A stretch of DNA of 63,922 nucleotides, the filler included, from an uncultured Rhodopirellula sp. (lineage in GTDB: Bacteria > Planctomycetota > Planctomycetia > Pirellulales > Pirellulaceae): the NCBI GenBank assembly GCA_964007735.1. It is 4 parts of 4 records of this genome, joined end to end, with 100 filler letters (N's around TTAATTAATTAA, not from the genome) between each part and the next. Parts side by side here need not be neighbours in the genome. Positions count along the whole stretch, not along the records: positions 21,544 to 40,139 come from CAXGAI010000066.1; positions 40,240 to 58,778 come from CAXGAI010000067.1; 2 more parts are not named here. The stretch is one strand, 5' to 3'. A model generated the notes under the pieces. It saw nothing but the letters and a program-made list of their open reading frames with translations. It was not told where the DNA came from and did no database searches. The stretch's first letter is position 1, and the number at the start of each line of letters is the position of its first letter. Made by a program: the position numbers and the translations under genes. This document shows positions 31,111 to 40,714 of the stretch, piece after piece.

Positions 31111-31704
31111 GTGTCACTCTCAGCAAAAACAGTATTTACAACCGGTGAAGCTGCCAAGATCTGTAAGGTTAGTCAGCAGACCATTATTCGTTGTTTTGAC
31201 AACGGAAGCTTGAAAGGCTTCCGAGTTCCAGGTAGCCGTTTCCGCCGTATTCCACGTGAACAGCTTTTCGCTTTCATGAAGGAAAATGGTATTCCGACGG
31301 ATGCTTTGGAAAGTGGAGACCGTAAGGTACTAGTTGTAGATGACGATGTTGAACTAGTGGAATTGTTGGTTGATGTCTTTGAACGCGATGGTCGCTTTGA
31401 AGTCAAAACCGCAAATAATGGATTTGATGCCGGTATGTTGGTTCGAGAATTTCGTCCGGACTTAGTTGTTCTCGACGTTATGCTTCCGGATATCAATGGT
31501 AAAGAAGTATGTGTTCGTGTGAGAAATGACGATACTTTAGAAGCCGTAAAGATTATCTGTATTTCCGGAATGGTGGAACAGGATAAGATCTCCGAACTGA
31601 CAGCGGCTGGTGCTGATGATTTTATGCACAAGCCATTCACTGTAGATCGCCTCTTAGATCGAGCTTGTGATCTCCTGGAGATGGAACGAGCAGTGGCCAA
31701 CTAG
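31111..31704 (+). CDS. response regulator with N-terminal excisionase-like HTH_17 domain
   Basis: FTTGEAAKICKVSQQTIIRCFD..FRRIPR, then receiver VLVVDDD, LDVMLPD, KPF. GGAGG RBS. Confidence 0.92.
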   Translation: MSLSAKTVFTTGEAAKICKVSQQTIIRCFDNGSLKGFRVPGSRFRRIPREQLFAFMKENGIPTDALESGDRKVLVVDDDVELVELLVDVFERDGRFEVKTANNGFDAGMLVREFRPDLVVLDVMLPDINGKEVCVRVRNDDTLEAVKIICISGMVEQDKISELTAAGADDFMHKPFTVDRLLDRACDLLEMERAVAN

Positions 31705-31741
31705 TTTCCCAGAACTAGTTCCCGGATCTAGTTCGCGAAAA

Positions 31742-31780
31742 AACAAAAAACGCGCATCGTCCGGTGTGCGTTTTTTTGTT
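31742..31780 (+). terminator. intrinsic terminator after the response regulator
   Basis: A-tract, CGCGCATC-GTCC-GGTGCGCG, then TTTTTTT. Confidence 0.75.
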
Positions 31781-31801
31781 GAGGTTGTTACAGGCAATGG
31801 T

Positions 31802-33004
31802 ATGACGACTTGGCCCACAATAAGCGTTCACGAGAAATCTTTGGGGTTACCTGTTTTTAAGGCAACACTTGATCGCCTCGTACGCACGATTATCTGTTTG
31901 GATAGAGGAAAACGTGCCGATGAGTATGAAAACCTGCTCCAAACCGATCCATTCTTTACCGTCTGGGTCGCCGCTCAGGCTGCCAGGCGTGGTGTGACTG
32001 CCGAATCTGAATCTGCTCTTGCCTCCTGGTTGAATGGAGAAGGGGAACAAGTTCTTGCTGAGTTGGATCCGGACCCAACTGACGAACTGTTCACCCCTGA
32101 TCCGGAAGAGTCTGCAGCTTATCTTTGTCGTTTAGTAAGCACCGCCGGAGAGGCGGGATATTCGGTTGTTTCATTGGTGTTTGCTGAAACTCCGGAAATT
32201 GATTTGGCCAACGACCAGATTGCGGATCAACTAATGAAGAAGATGAATGCAGGTTTGAATTCAGATGGACCTGTTGTATCGTTTGCCGACTGGCAAAAAG
32301 TACTTAACTGGGATCAGCGTGATGAATTGTTTGAGCGTCAGCTTCATCACCAGAAGATGTTGGCGATTAAGAATTTTGCCTACGGTGCGAGTCACGAGAT
32401 CAACAATCCGCTTGCGAATATTACGTCTCGAGCACAGAATCTCGTCAAAGTTGAAGAGGATGTTCATCGTCGGCGGGAATTATCCACGATTGAAACTCAG
32501 GCCCATCGCGCGTCATCCATGATTGCCGACCTGATGGTATTTGCTCAGCCGCCTTCTCTTACCTTAGAACCTGTTAGCATCAGGCAACTGGTAACTCAAG
32601 CCACACTGGAAATGAGTGAATTCACGGTGCCCCTTGGAATCGAAATGGAGATCGACGATTGTGAAGATGCCATGATTCAGTCGGACGAGAAAGCCTGCCT
32701 TGAAATCTTCAAGATTGTGATACAGAACAGTATCGACGCCATGGAAGAAGGTAAGATTTCACTGGCCTGGCAAGTCGATGACACCAGGGTCTTGGTCACG
32801 ATATCCGATAATGGCACACCCATTCCGGAGCAACAGTTAGCCATCGTTTTTGATCCATTTTTCTCGGGACGCGAAGCAGGCCGGGGGATTGGATTTGGGC
32901 TTACTAAAGCCTGGCGTGTCATGCAGTTGCATCACGGCGATATTACCGTCAGTAATCTGGTCGATGGAGTTGCTACCCGGCTGCAGTTTGTAAAGTCACC
33001 TTAG
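31802..33004 (+). CDS. cytoplasmic sensor histidine kinase
   Basis: H box SHEINNPL, N box QNSIDA, DNG, FDPFFSG, GRGIGFGL. Start moved downstream of the terminator to ATG 31802. Confidence 0.9.
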   Translation: MTTWPTISVHEKSLGLPVFKATLDRLVRTIICLDRGKRADEYENLLQTDPFFTVWVAAQAARRGVTAESESALASWLNGEGEQVLAELDPDPTDELFTPDPEESAAYLCRLVSTAGEAGYSVVSLVFAETPEIDLANDQIADQLMKKMNAGLNSDGPVVSFADWQKVLNWDQRDELFERQLHHQKMLAIKNFAYGASHEINNPLANITSRAQNLVKVEEDVHRRRELSTIETQAHRASSMIADLMVFAQPPSLTLEPVSIRQLVTQATLEMSEFTVPLGIEMEIDDCEDAMIQSDEKACLEIFKIVIQNSIDAMEEGKISLAWQVDDTRVLVTISDNGTPIPEQQLAIVFDPFFSGREAGRGIGFGLTKAWRVMQLHHGDITVSNLVDGVATRLQFVKSP

Positions 33005-33015
33005 TTAGACTGGAT

Positions 33016-34035
33016 TTACTGTGCCAACCCTCGGCGGGCTAGTTCGGCCATCACACCACGAACGATGGCTTCAATGTCGATAACACCGGCCGCTGGATTA
33101 TTCTGGAAACTGGCTTGCGTTTCCTGCATGAAACCTTCGTCACGAAGCATTTGCTCGAGCTCACGGCTGAGCACTTGTAGTTTGGCTGTGAGCTCAGGTC
33201 CTTGAGGTTGACGTCCGGTACCTGTGTTGAATCCACGCAGTTTGATGGCTTCCCGAAATCCTTCAGGAAATTCACTACGATAGATCATCGCATCAAAGAG
33301 GCGAAGCAGCCGATACTGAAGATCTCGAGCGAGTTCCCACTGTCCCGTAGATGCTAGCTGGAAGATCTTCCCCGTGATTTCGGGGCAAACTCCACTCGAT
33401 GCATTCGTTCCACCATCGGCTCCGACCCACATCATTGGTACCAGTACCGGATCCCAGCCTGTCATGAACGAGAAGTCAGGACGGTTGGGACGTACTTTGG
33501 AAATCATTCGCATCATCTGAGGAATGTCTCCAGAGGAGTCCTTGATACCAATGACTCGTTCGCAATCATCAGCCAAACGCGCGACAGTGTCGACATCAAT
33601 CGGTGAAGCGAAGAGTGGAATATTGTACAGCGTCATATCAATGGGAGAATTATCGGCGATCTCCTTGAAATATGTATAAACAGCTTCCGGACCAATTTGG
33701 TAATAAAAGGGCGAAACGATAGCCACGGCAGTGGCTCCCAAATCATAATATCTCTCACATGCCCGGATGGTTTCTCGTGTATTTGCTTCTGCTGCTCCAG
33801 CCAAAATAGGCACGCGGCCATTGACCTGATCAGCAATAATTTCAATGATTCGCACTCGTTCTTCAGCGGTAAAACGAGTGAATTCTCCTGTAGATCCATT
33901 GGGATACAGACCATGTACGCCCTTATCGATTAACCAATCCACATAACGTCGGGTTTCCCCTTCGTTGATGTTTCCGTGGTTGTCCAAACAGACGATATTA
34001 GGAGTAAAGATACCGGATAGTTTTGCTTGACTCAT
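33016..34035 (-). CDS. DapA/NAL-family class I aldolase with C-terminal encapsulation-peptide-like tail
   Basis: GSTGEF, SPFYY, LYNIP, GIKDSSG (Schiff-base Lys). Extra tail [18 protein letters not shown]. Confidence 0.9.
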   Translation of the reverse strand: MSQAKLSGIFTPNIVCLDNHGNINEGETRRYVDWLIDKGVHGLYPNGSTGEFTRFTAEERVRIIEIIADQVNGRVPILAGAAEANTRETIRACERYYDLGATAVAIVSPFYYQIGPEAVYTYFKEIADNSPIDMTLYNIPLFASPIDVDTVARLADDCERVIGIKDSSGDIPQMMRMISKVRPNRPDFSFMTGWDPVLVPMMWVGADGGTNASSGVCPEITGKIFQLASTGQWELARDLQYRLLRLFDAMIYRSEFPEGFREAIKLRGFNTGTGRQPQGPELTAKLQVLSRELEQMLRDEGFMQETQASFQNNPAAGVIDIEAIVRGVMAELARRGLAQ

Positions 34036-34073
34036 GATTGATCGTATTCTGCGTTAGCCTAATTCTCGTAGAG

Positions 34074-34101
34074 ACTGTATGGGTTACCTAACCCATACAG
34101 T
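34074..34101. promoter_or_regulatory. perfect 13-bp inverted repeat in a divergent intergenic region
   Basis: ACTGTATGGGTTA-CC-TAACCCATACAGT. Confidence 0.5.
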
Positions 34102-34322
34102 TTTTCGTAAACCTGAAGAACTATACCTCTCGGCTTTTAGTAGGTTGTAAAAAACTCAAACTTTTATGGTTGGATAAACAGTATCGGTCAGTGAATAAGC
34201 AAAATATGATTCAGTTATGACGAATATAACGATCGTTGAACTGGTAGCGTGACCCTAACCATGCTCCGATATATAGGTTACGAACTATTTGAGAATGACG
34301 ACGTATTCCAACAAATAAGAAA

Positions 34323-36440
34323 ATGATAAATCCAGAACCTCTGCAAAATCGACTACCGAAAACATTTGGTCTACTGATTCTTGGAGCGTATTTTCTTCTT
34401 TTTCTGTTTGCCAATGGTTCCACGAAGTCTGATGTCGGAGAAAATTCCATCCATGCTCACCATGTTCCATTTATTCGATTGATTATTCCGGACACTGTGA
34501 TTTCCGAATGGGCTGAGGATTCGAGTGAGCGAGTGGGAGTACTGGATCGATTTCCACTCCTCTTAAGTAGTTTGATTCTTCTGGTTGCGGTGATGTTAAT
34601 GGGGCGTACCTGTTTACGCGCCTTCAAATTTCCCGTTAACTCCAAATTGGAACTAAGTGTTTTGTCATTTGGCCTGGGAACGATAACTCTCACGTTATTC
34701 ACTTTTTTGCTCGGAATTGCCGGCGGATTGCGGTGGTGGTGGGCCTATCTGATTCCTTTGGCAATTTCGGTTTGTCTGGAATGCAACACTCGGGATGGAT
34801 CCCTACGAGAAGGCAGGGCTTTTAGAGTTCTTAGATCGGTTTTTCATATCCAACAGTTGCATTGGTGGCTGGTCGCTCTGCCGGTCGCAATTATTTTAGC
34901 TGGTGCTATGTTACCACCATGGGAATTTGATGTGCGTGAGTATCACCTGCAGGTACCCAAAGAATGGTTCCAATCAGGAACGATCGAGCATCTACCTCAC
35001 AACACCTATGCCGCCATGCCTTTGGGCGCAGAATTGATTACCGTCGTACCAATGGCATGGGCGCAGTTGTTCTCAACTTCCGATGGCTGGTGGCATGGAG
35101 CGATGATCGGCAAGACATTTTTAAGCTTCTATGCTTTGTTTGCTGGAATGGCAGCCTGGGCACTTGCGAGTCGCCTCATCGCTCGCTCCCCTAAAGCGTT
35201 TGAGTCTATGGCTTTAGGCAAGGAAGGACTGGTGGCGACCGTCCTTGTGCTGACATGTCCCTGGATTGGTTATATCAGTATGACAGGACTGAACGAAGTT
35301 GCTTTAGGATTTTTTCTGTTAAGTGCATTATTGGTAATGCGGATGGCAAATGATACAAGCAACCTTCACCAAAGAGTTGTATTGCTGATTGGTTTGTTAG
35401 CGGGTGCAGCAGCGGCCGTAAAATATACAGGGCTTGTCTTTGTTATCCTACCGGTTGCTATCTGGTTGTTATTCAAGGATAGGCAACGAGTCATCATGAC
35501 TTTGCTTGCTTTTACTCTGGGGTGTGTGATTACATTTGGCCCCTGGCTTATCAAAAATGCTGTTCATACAGGAAATCCCGTTTACCCATTAATAGGGACA
35601 ATCGTTGGAGCTTCCGGAAGAACAGTCAAACAAGTGGAGCAATGGGAGAACGCCCACAAAGTGCCAGTTTCGGATTCTTACGTTGATGCATTCAGTGAAT
35701 TTTTATGGCAGGGCTCACGAGTCAGTCCGTTGTTGATAGGTGCTGTATTAATCACATTAGTACTTCATGGGAAGCGACGTGAACTGTGGCCGTACTTCGC
35801 ATTTGTCATCTATAGTGTTGCCGTTTGGTGGTTTGCAACACATCATCTGCAACGGTTTCTAGTTCCCCTGATACCGTTGTTGGCAGTCTTGGGAGCGGTA
35901 GGGTTTTCCACTGCGTTTGAAGAGTATCCTCGATGGAAGAAGGGATGGCTCATGGTACTGGTTGCCTATGCCGTAATGTATTTGGGAGCCGGTATGGAAA
36001 CAGACTCGCGTTTTCTGGTGAAGCTCGAAACACTACGGCGTGGTCCAGTCCTTAAAGAAAGTGATACCACGACGCTACGTGTTCATCGTTATCTGAACCA
36101 ACAGCTAGGTTCCGAGGGGCGTGTTGTGTTGGTAGGTGATGCGGAGCCTTTTGACTTGGAAATGCAGGTTTATTACAACTCCTGTTTTGATGATTCGATA
36201 CTAGCAGATTGGCTCTTTGGACAATCAACTCAACAGCAACTCGCTATCTTGTCAGACAATAAAATTGACTTTGTGTATGTCAGTTGGGAAGAACTCGATC
36301 GGTATCAGGCTAGCTATGGTTATGATGAAAGAGTAAATCGGGGTTGGATCAACGAACTGCTAGAGAACGGGATTCTGTTTGAAGATCGTAACGTAGAGAT
36401 TCCGATGAACCAGGGCCAGCTTTTCCGAGTTTCCAATTAA
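34323..36440 (+). CDS. GT-C fold membrane glycosyltransferase-like protein
   Basis: Many TMs, EFDVREYHL..PK, AVKYTG, PWLIKN..TGNPVYP, RFLVP. Confidence 0.75.
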   Translation: MINPEPLQNRLPKTFGLLILGAYFLLFLFANGSTKSDVGENSIHAHHVPFIRLIIPDTVISEWAEDSSERVGVLDRFPLLLSSLILLVAVMLMGRTCLRAFKFPVNSKLELSVLSFGLGTITLTLFTFLLGIAGGLRWWWAYLIPLAISVCLECNTRDGSLREGRAFRVLRSVFHIQQLHWWLVALPVAIILAGAMLPPWEFDVREYHLQVPKEWFQSGTIEHLPHNTYAAMPLGAELITVVPMAWAQLFSTSDGWWHGAMIGKTFLSFYALFAGMAAWALASRLIARSPKAFESMALGKEGLVATVLVLTCPWIGYISMTGLNEVALGFFLLSALLVMRMANDTSNLHQRVVLLIGLLAGAAAAVKYTGLVFVILPVAIWLLFKDRQRVIMTLLAFTLGCVITFGPWLIKNAVHTGNPVYPLIGTIVGASGRTVKQVEQWENAHKVPVSDSYVDAFSEFLWQGSRVSPLLIGAVLITLVLHGKRRELWPYFAFVIYSVAVWWFATHHLQRFLVPLIPLLAVLGAVGFSTAFEEYPRWKKGWLMVLVAYAVMYLGAGMETDSRFLVKLETLRRGPVLKESDTTTLRVHRYLNQQLGSEGRVVLVGDAEPFDLEMQVYYNSCFDDSILADWLFGQSTQQQLAILSDNKIDFVYVSWEELDRYQASYGYDERVNRGWINELLENGILFEDRNVEIPMNQGQLFRVSN

Positions 36441-36454
36441 CGGATTGAGTTCCC

Positions 36455-37315
36455 ATGTTAGTTCGATTTCTTCTCGCCAATATGATTAAGTCCCAGGCTC
36501 AGGGAGCGGTACGCAATAAGGTCGAAGAAGTTGTTAGCGATCAAGTGCGAAATCTCGAGGAAATGAAGCAGGGGCGGGAAATGCCGCCTTGCGATGTAGC
36601 TCTGGTCTTTGCCAATCACTTGGAGGCAACGGGTGTACTGGATCAGATGGAGAATGTCGTAAGCACGCAGTGTGCTAGTTTTGTCGAGCATGCAGGTCAG
36701 TGGAAAGGCCGGGATGTGGTGGTAATCGAAGCAGGGGAAACCTGGCGTCAGATTGCAAAATCCGTTACTGATCTGATTAATATGCACCGACCTAACTGGG
36801 TCGTATCAGCCGGATTTGCTTCGTCCCTCTCGAAGTCAGTTCGGAAAGGGATGATCGTCATGCCGTCGGTCGTTCGGGATACGAAGGGCCGTACGCTTGA
36901 TGTTGGTTTGAATATGAAGAGCGATACGCCACAACGAGGGTTGTATACGGGGGATTTGGTTTCAACGCCGGATTTGCTTGAGACGCCTGCGAAACGTAAG
37001 CAACTGGCAAAAGAGTTTGATGTGCAAGTGGCTGATATGGAATCAGCGGTGGTGGCTGAAATTTGTCGACAGGCCACCCAGCGTTGTATGGCTATACGAG
37101 TAGTTGCAGAAGATTTGGAAGAGAAGCCGCCGGAGTTGTTAAGTCGGATTATGAAGCAAGGTTCGGTCGCTGGAAAGTTTGGAGCATTGTCAAAGGGGCT
37201 GTTCACTCAGGCCTCACAATTGAAAGAGATGTGGGATTTAAAGAATGAGGCTTATAAAACCTCGGAGCGTTTAGCGGATTTTCTGGCAGGAGTTGTCCGG
37301 CAATTGCGATTATAA
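36455..37315 (+). CDS. nucleoside phosphorylase / MTA nucleosidase-like protein (PNP_UDP_1)
   Basis: VVSAGFASSL, ADMESAVVAEIC, MAIRVV. Confidence 0.75.
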   Translation: MLVRFLLANMIKSQAQGAVRNKVEEVVSDQVRNLEEMKQGREMPPCDVALVFANHLEATGVLDQMENVVSTQCASFVEHAGQWKGRDVVVIEAGETWRQIAKSVTDLINMHRPNWVVSAGFASSLSKSVRKGMIVMPSVVRDTKGRTLDVGLNMKSDTPQRGLYTGDLVSTPDLLETPAKRKQLAKEFDVQVADMESAVVAEICRQATQRCMAIRVVAEDLEEKPPELLSRIMKQGSVAGKFGALSKGLFTQASQLKEMWDLKNEAYKTSERLADFLAGVVRQLRL

Positions 37316-37453
37316 ATGGCGGTGGCTAGCAGAGAAGAATTTCGGTCAAGCTGGACACAGGTTAATACCTAAGCCATATTAAAACCAAATCGGAATGAAG
37401 TTTTAACTCTGGTGAGAGTCAGGCTTTGTGACTTACCTTGAGAAAGTAATAAT

Positions 37454-38383
37454 ATGAAAATAATCCTGGCCGCTCCCCGTGGCTTTTGTGCGGGGGTCAA
37501 TATGGCAATTGAGTGCCTGGATTTGTCGATTAAGACGCTGGGGCCTCCGGTCTATGTTTACCATGAGATTGTGCACAACAAATATGTTGTAGAAACATTT
37601 CAGGGAAAAGGAGCAATCTTTGTTGATAGTCTGGAAGATGTGCCCTTCGGTTCAAATCTCCTCTTTTCAGCTCATGGAATTTCACCTCAGATTCGGGAAC
37701 AAGCTCGTGAGCGTGATTTGTACGCCATTGATGCTACGTGCCCGCTCGTCACGAAAGTTCATCTTGAAGCGGTTAGGTATGCGAAAGAAGGATTTACAAT
37801 TCTGTTGATTGGTCATGAAGGTCATGATGAGGTGATTGGCACCATGGGGGAAGCGCCCACATCGATGATTCTTGTAGAGAATGAAGAGGATGTCGATCGT
37901 ATCCAAGTTGCGGATGAATCTAAAGTTGCCTATTTGACTCAGACAACTCTTAGCGTCGATGATGCGAATCGGATTATCGATAAAATTCGTGAGCGATTTC
38001 CTGAAGTGAAGTCACCTCCCAAGGGAGACATATGTTATGCCACTCAGAATCGTCAGGAGGCGGTGCGCATTATTGCTGACGATGTCCAGCTCGTTCTCGT
38101 GGTTGGCAGCCAGAACAGTTCCAATAGCCAGCGATTGAAAGAAATTGCCATTGAACAAGGTAAACGGGCCTACCTAATTGATGGAGTGGAAGATATCGAC
38201 GATCAATGGTTTGATTCCGTCGAGACGCTGATGATCACTGCTGGTGCAAGTGCCCCTGAAAATCTGGTTCAGGATTGCATCGAATACATCCGAAAGAATT
38301 TTGGAGCAGAACTTGAGTCACGAGTGATCCGTGAGGAAAAAGTCCACTTCAATTTGCCGAAAGAGCTCAAAGCTCTACTTTAG
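37454..38383 (+). CDS. ispH: 4-hydroxy-3-methylbut-2-enyl diphosphate reductase
   Basis: PRGFCAGV, IVHN, FSAHG, DATCPLVTKVH, QTTLS, DICYATQNRQ, NSSNS, TAGASAPE. Confidence 0.98.
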   Translation: MKIILAAPRGFCAGVNMAIECLDLSIKTLGPPVYVYHEIVHNKYVVETFQGKGAIFVDSLEDVPFGSNLLFSAHGISPQIREQARERDLYAIDATCPLVTKVHLEAVRYAKEGFTILLIGHEGHDEVIGTMGEAPTSMILVENEEDVDRIQVADESKVAYLTQTTLSVDDANRIIDKIRERFPEVKSPPKGDICYATQNRQEAVRIIADDVQLVLVVGSQNSSNSQRLKEIAIEQGKRAYLIDGVEDIDDQWFDSVETLMITAGASAPENLVQDCIEYIRKNFGAELESRVIREEKVHFNLPKELKALL

Positions 38384-39673
38384 TTCTGCGATTCGCAAAT
38401 TGCGAAAGCTAAGATTTGTTGTCGGATCATGCCCCTGAATCATAATTGATCCAGCTTCCGTCCGGAGGCCTCGTCGTGGATTCTCGTCAATGTTACGTTC
38501 GTCATACCAGTCACTGACTTGATACCCGTTGACCCAAACGGCGATATGATTAGCGGACATGACGATTGTTTTATGGAACCATTCATTATCCTTAGCAACG
38601 ATTCGTCGAGCGTCCTGCCGCCGGAAGATTCCTCCGGTACCACAGTCATCAGGAGTAAGGGGGTTTCCATTTTTCATTCCATTCTGGATCTGACTTTCGT
38701 AACCCATCATGACATCCCCGGGGATGCAACGAAGGAAGATGCCGGAATTTAATGCCTCGGCATAGCTGATGCATTCAAGTTGTAGTACAAAGTCCGCATA
38801 GTGCCCCTCGGTCTCAAGCTGACCTCGACCATTAACTACATTTAATTCCCCGTCTTCGGTGACAGAGAATGTACTGTCCATTTCAGGATATTCGATCCAG
38901 CCGGTTAAATCGGTTCCGTTGAAGATGGGCTCTAAACTAAGTGGGAGTAGTATAATATTTCGGAATGCGACCTTTCCGGAATTCAGTTGTAGACCGATGA
39001 ACCCACGTGGGATTGGATTTTCATCGATATAGTCGAGCACAAGATTGCCATCGATGATTGCTTTGATTTGATTTCCCATGACGGTGATTTCGGCAGTTTG
39101 CCATTCACCGGAGGTCGGAGCATTTTCAACCTTGGCGCGTCCCACGAGACTACCGGTGGGAAATGGATTGTCGGCCGCCGCGATATTGAATTCATAGCAG
39201 TCTTTGGTGGGGTCCGTCGGTTGCCCTGGGGTTCGAAGGAAGATTCCGCTATTGGTGTTTTTATCCGCTTTGAATTCAAGTCGTAGTTTATAGTCAGTGA
39301 ATTCGGAAGTTGTTCGCAGTAGGCCTTGTGTACCTTCACTGACAGTAATACCTCCCTCTTCGACGGCCCAGTTCGCTTTGTTTTCCGCATGCCAGCCGTA
39401 GAGACTTCCCCCGTCAAAAAGACGGATCCAACCATCTGTCAGGTCTTGCTCAGAAACTGGAATGGGCTCGGGACTTGGGGGGGGAGTTGACTCACGTTCG
39501 TTTTTCTTTTCTTCGGATGGATTTGATGGCTGTGGCGGAAGTGCTTTCTTCGGCAGTTCTTCGGTTTGAACGGAGGGCTTACCTTTGGCGACAGGCGTCG
39601 GGCGTTCTCCGCAACCAGTGGAAAGGAAAAGAATCAGCAACAGCGACATTAGTGGAAGAAGTGATTTTTTCAT
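38375..39673 (-). CDS. lipoprotein with tandem DUF1080 (3-keto-disaccharide hydrolase) domains
   Basis: Lipobox STGC, Pro-rich linker, two LFDG/IFNG..NSGIFLR..G.I.LQ..FRN repeats. Confidence 0.88.
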   Translation of the reverse strand: MKKSLLPLMSLLLILFLSTGCGERPTPVAKGKPSVQTEELPKKALPPQPSNPSEEKKNERESTPPPSPEPIPVSEQDLTDGWIRLFDGGSLYGWHAENKANWAVEEGGITVSEGTQGLLRTTSEFTDYKLRLEFKADKNTNSGIFLRTPGQPTDPTKDCYEFNIAAADNPFPTGSLVGRAKVENAPTSGEWQTAEITVMGNQIKAIIDGNLVLDYIDENPIPRGFIGLQLNSGKVAFRNIILLPLSLEPIFNGTDLTGWIEYPEMDSTFSVTEDGELNVVNGRGQLETEGHYADFVLQLECISYAEALNSGIFLRCIPGDVMMGYESQIQNGMKNGNPLTPDDCGTGGIFRRQDARRIVAKDNEWFHKTIVMSANHIAVWVNGYQVSDWYDERNIDENPRRGLRTEAGSIMIQGHDPTTNLSFRNLRIAELK

Positions 39674-39783
39674 GCGGTTTAATGCGGTCAGATCAGAAAG
39701 GACGAATAAGGAGACAAAGTTTTCTGTGGGTGTATTATAGCGTGGTGGGGACCGAAGTAGTCGGGAACGCTCTAAACAACTGC

Positions 39784-40139
39784 TCAGCTTGGTGACTCAA
39801 CAGAGTCGATTTCTATTTGGACTTCTCCCGTGATACCACCAGAGAAACCTTCAAGGGTATTTAGGTTTGCACTCTCTCTATCTAGAAGCGGCAAATCTAC
39901 AAGGATTTCCAAAAGGTTCCTCGGCTCAAGTTCGTCTTCAATTTCAAATGCGGTGCTTCCATTTTCGAAGGATACCGATCCGATCGCTTTGTGATTGAGA
40001 AAGATTTCGGCTAACGCGTTCACCTGTCCGATACGAATTCGAATACAGTCACCATCCTCCAAGCCTGTCGGTTTGTGAAAGTGACGTTGAAATAGAACTT
40101 TACCGCGGAAGGTTGATCCCAACGCATCACTCCAGTCGC
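39784..40139 (-). CDS. small GH2 sugar-binding-domain-like protein (5' truncated)
   Basis: DWSDALGSTFRGKVLFQRHFHKPTGL..IFLN..RNLLEI. Frame is open to the contig edge. Confidence 0.55.
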
Positions 40140-40239
40140 NNNNNNNNNNNNNNNNNNNNNNNNNNNNNNNNNNNNNNNNNNNNTTAATTAATTAANNNNN
40201 NNNNNNNNNNNNNNNNNNNNNNNNNNNNNNNNNNNNNNN
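40140..40239. other. artificial contig linker
   Basis: 44 N + TTAATTAATTAA + 44 N. Confidence 0.99.
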
Positions 40240-40607
40240 TCTTCAAATGCCTGCCGCAGCAGGTACTGCCGACACTCAGCATTTGTCACATGCCGGAAAA
40301 TTGCCAATACCAGATTGTTACCAACCAGGCTTTCGGCTGTCGCGAAGAAGCCGAGATTCCGCATAATAACCAGGCGTTCATCGTGAGTCAGCTTATCTGA
40401 CTTCCAGATTTCAATATCCTTGGTCATAGGAACTTCCGTTGGCATCCAGTGGTTTGCACAACCATTGTTGTAATGCTCCCACGCCCAATGATACTTCAGA
40501 GGCATCAACTGATTAACATCGACCTGATTACAGTTAATCAGAAGTTTATCCCGAGCATCAATACGCCCGGTGTTGGATTCAAGTAATTTACTTACTGGAG
40601 ATGACAT
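40240..40607 (-). CDS. nrdB: class I ribonucleotide reductase beta subunit (3' truncated)
   Basis: [45 protein letters not shown]. Confidence 0.93.
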
Positions 40608-40714
40608 TTCACGCTCCTTCTATCTCTTTTGTTACTTATTGTCTATTGGTTGACTTACTCTGATGCGAAAAACGAATTTGGAGTAAATTCCAAACCCCTT
40701 TCCGTCCTAGGTGG

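Noticed and set aside
31667..31801. Kinase N-terminal extension overlapping the regulator
   Set aside because: It spans a terminator hairpin. ATG 31802 is more plausible.
33016..34035. Lysine-pathway dapA
   Set aside because: Family motifs only; the extra tail and lack of dap context leave the substrate unassigned.
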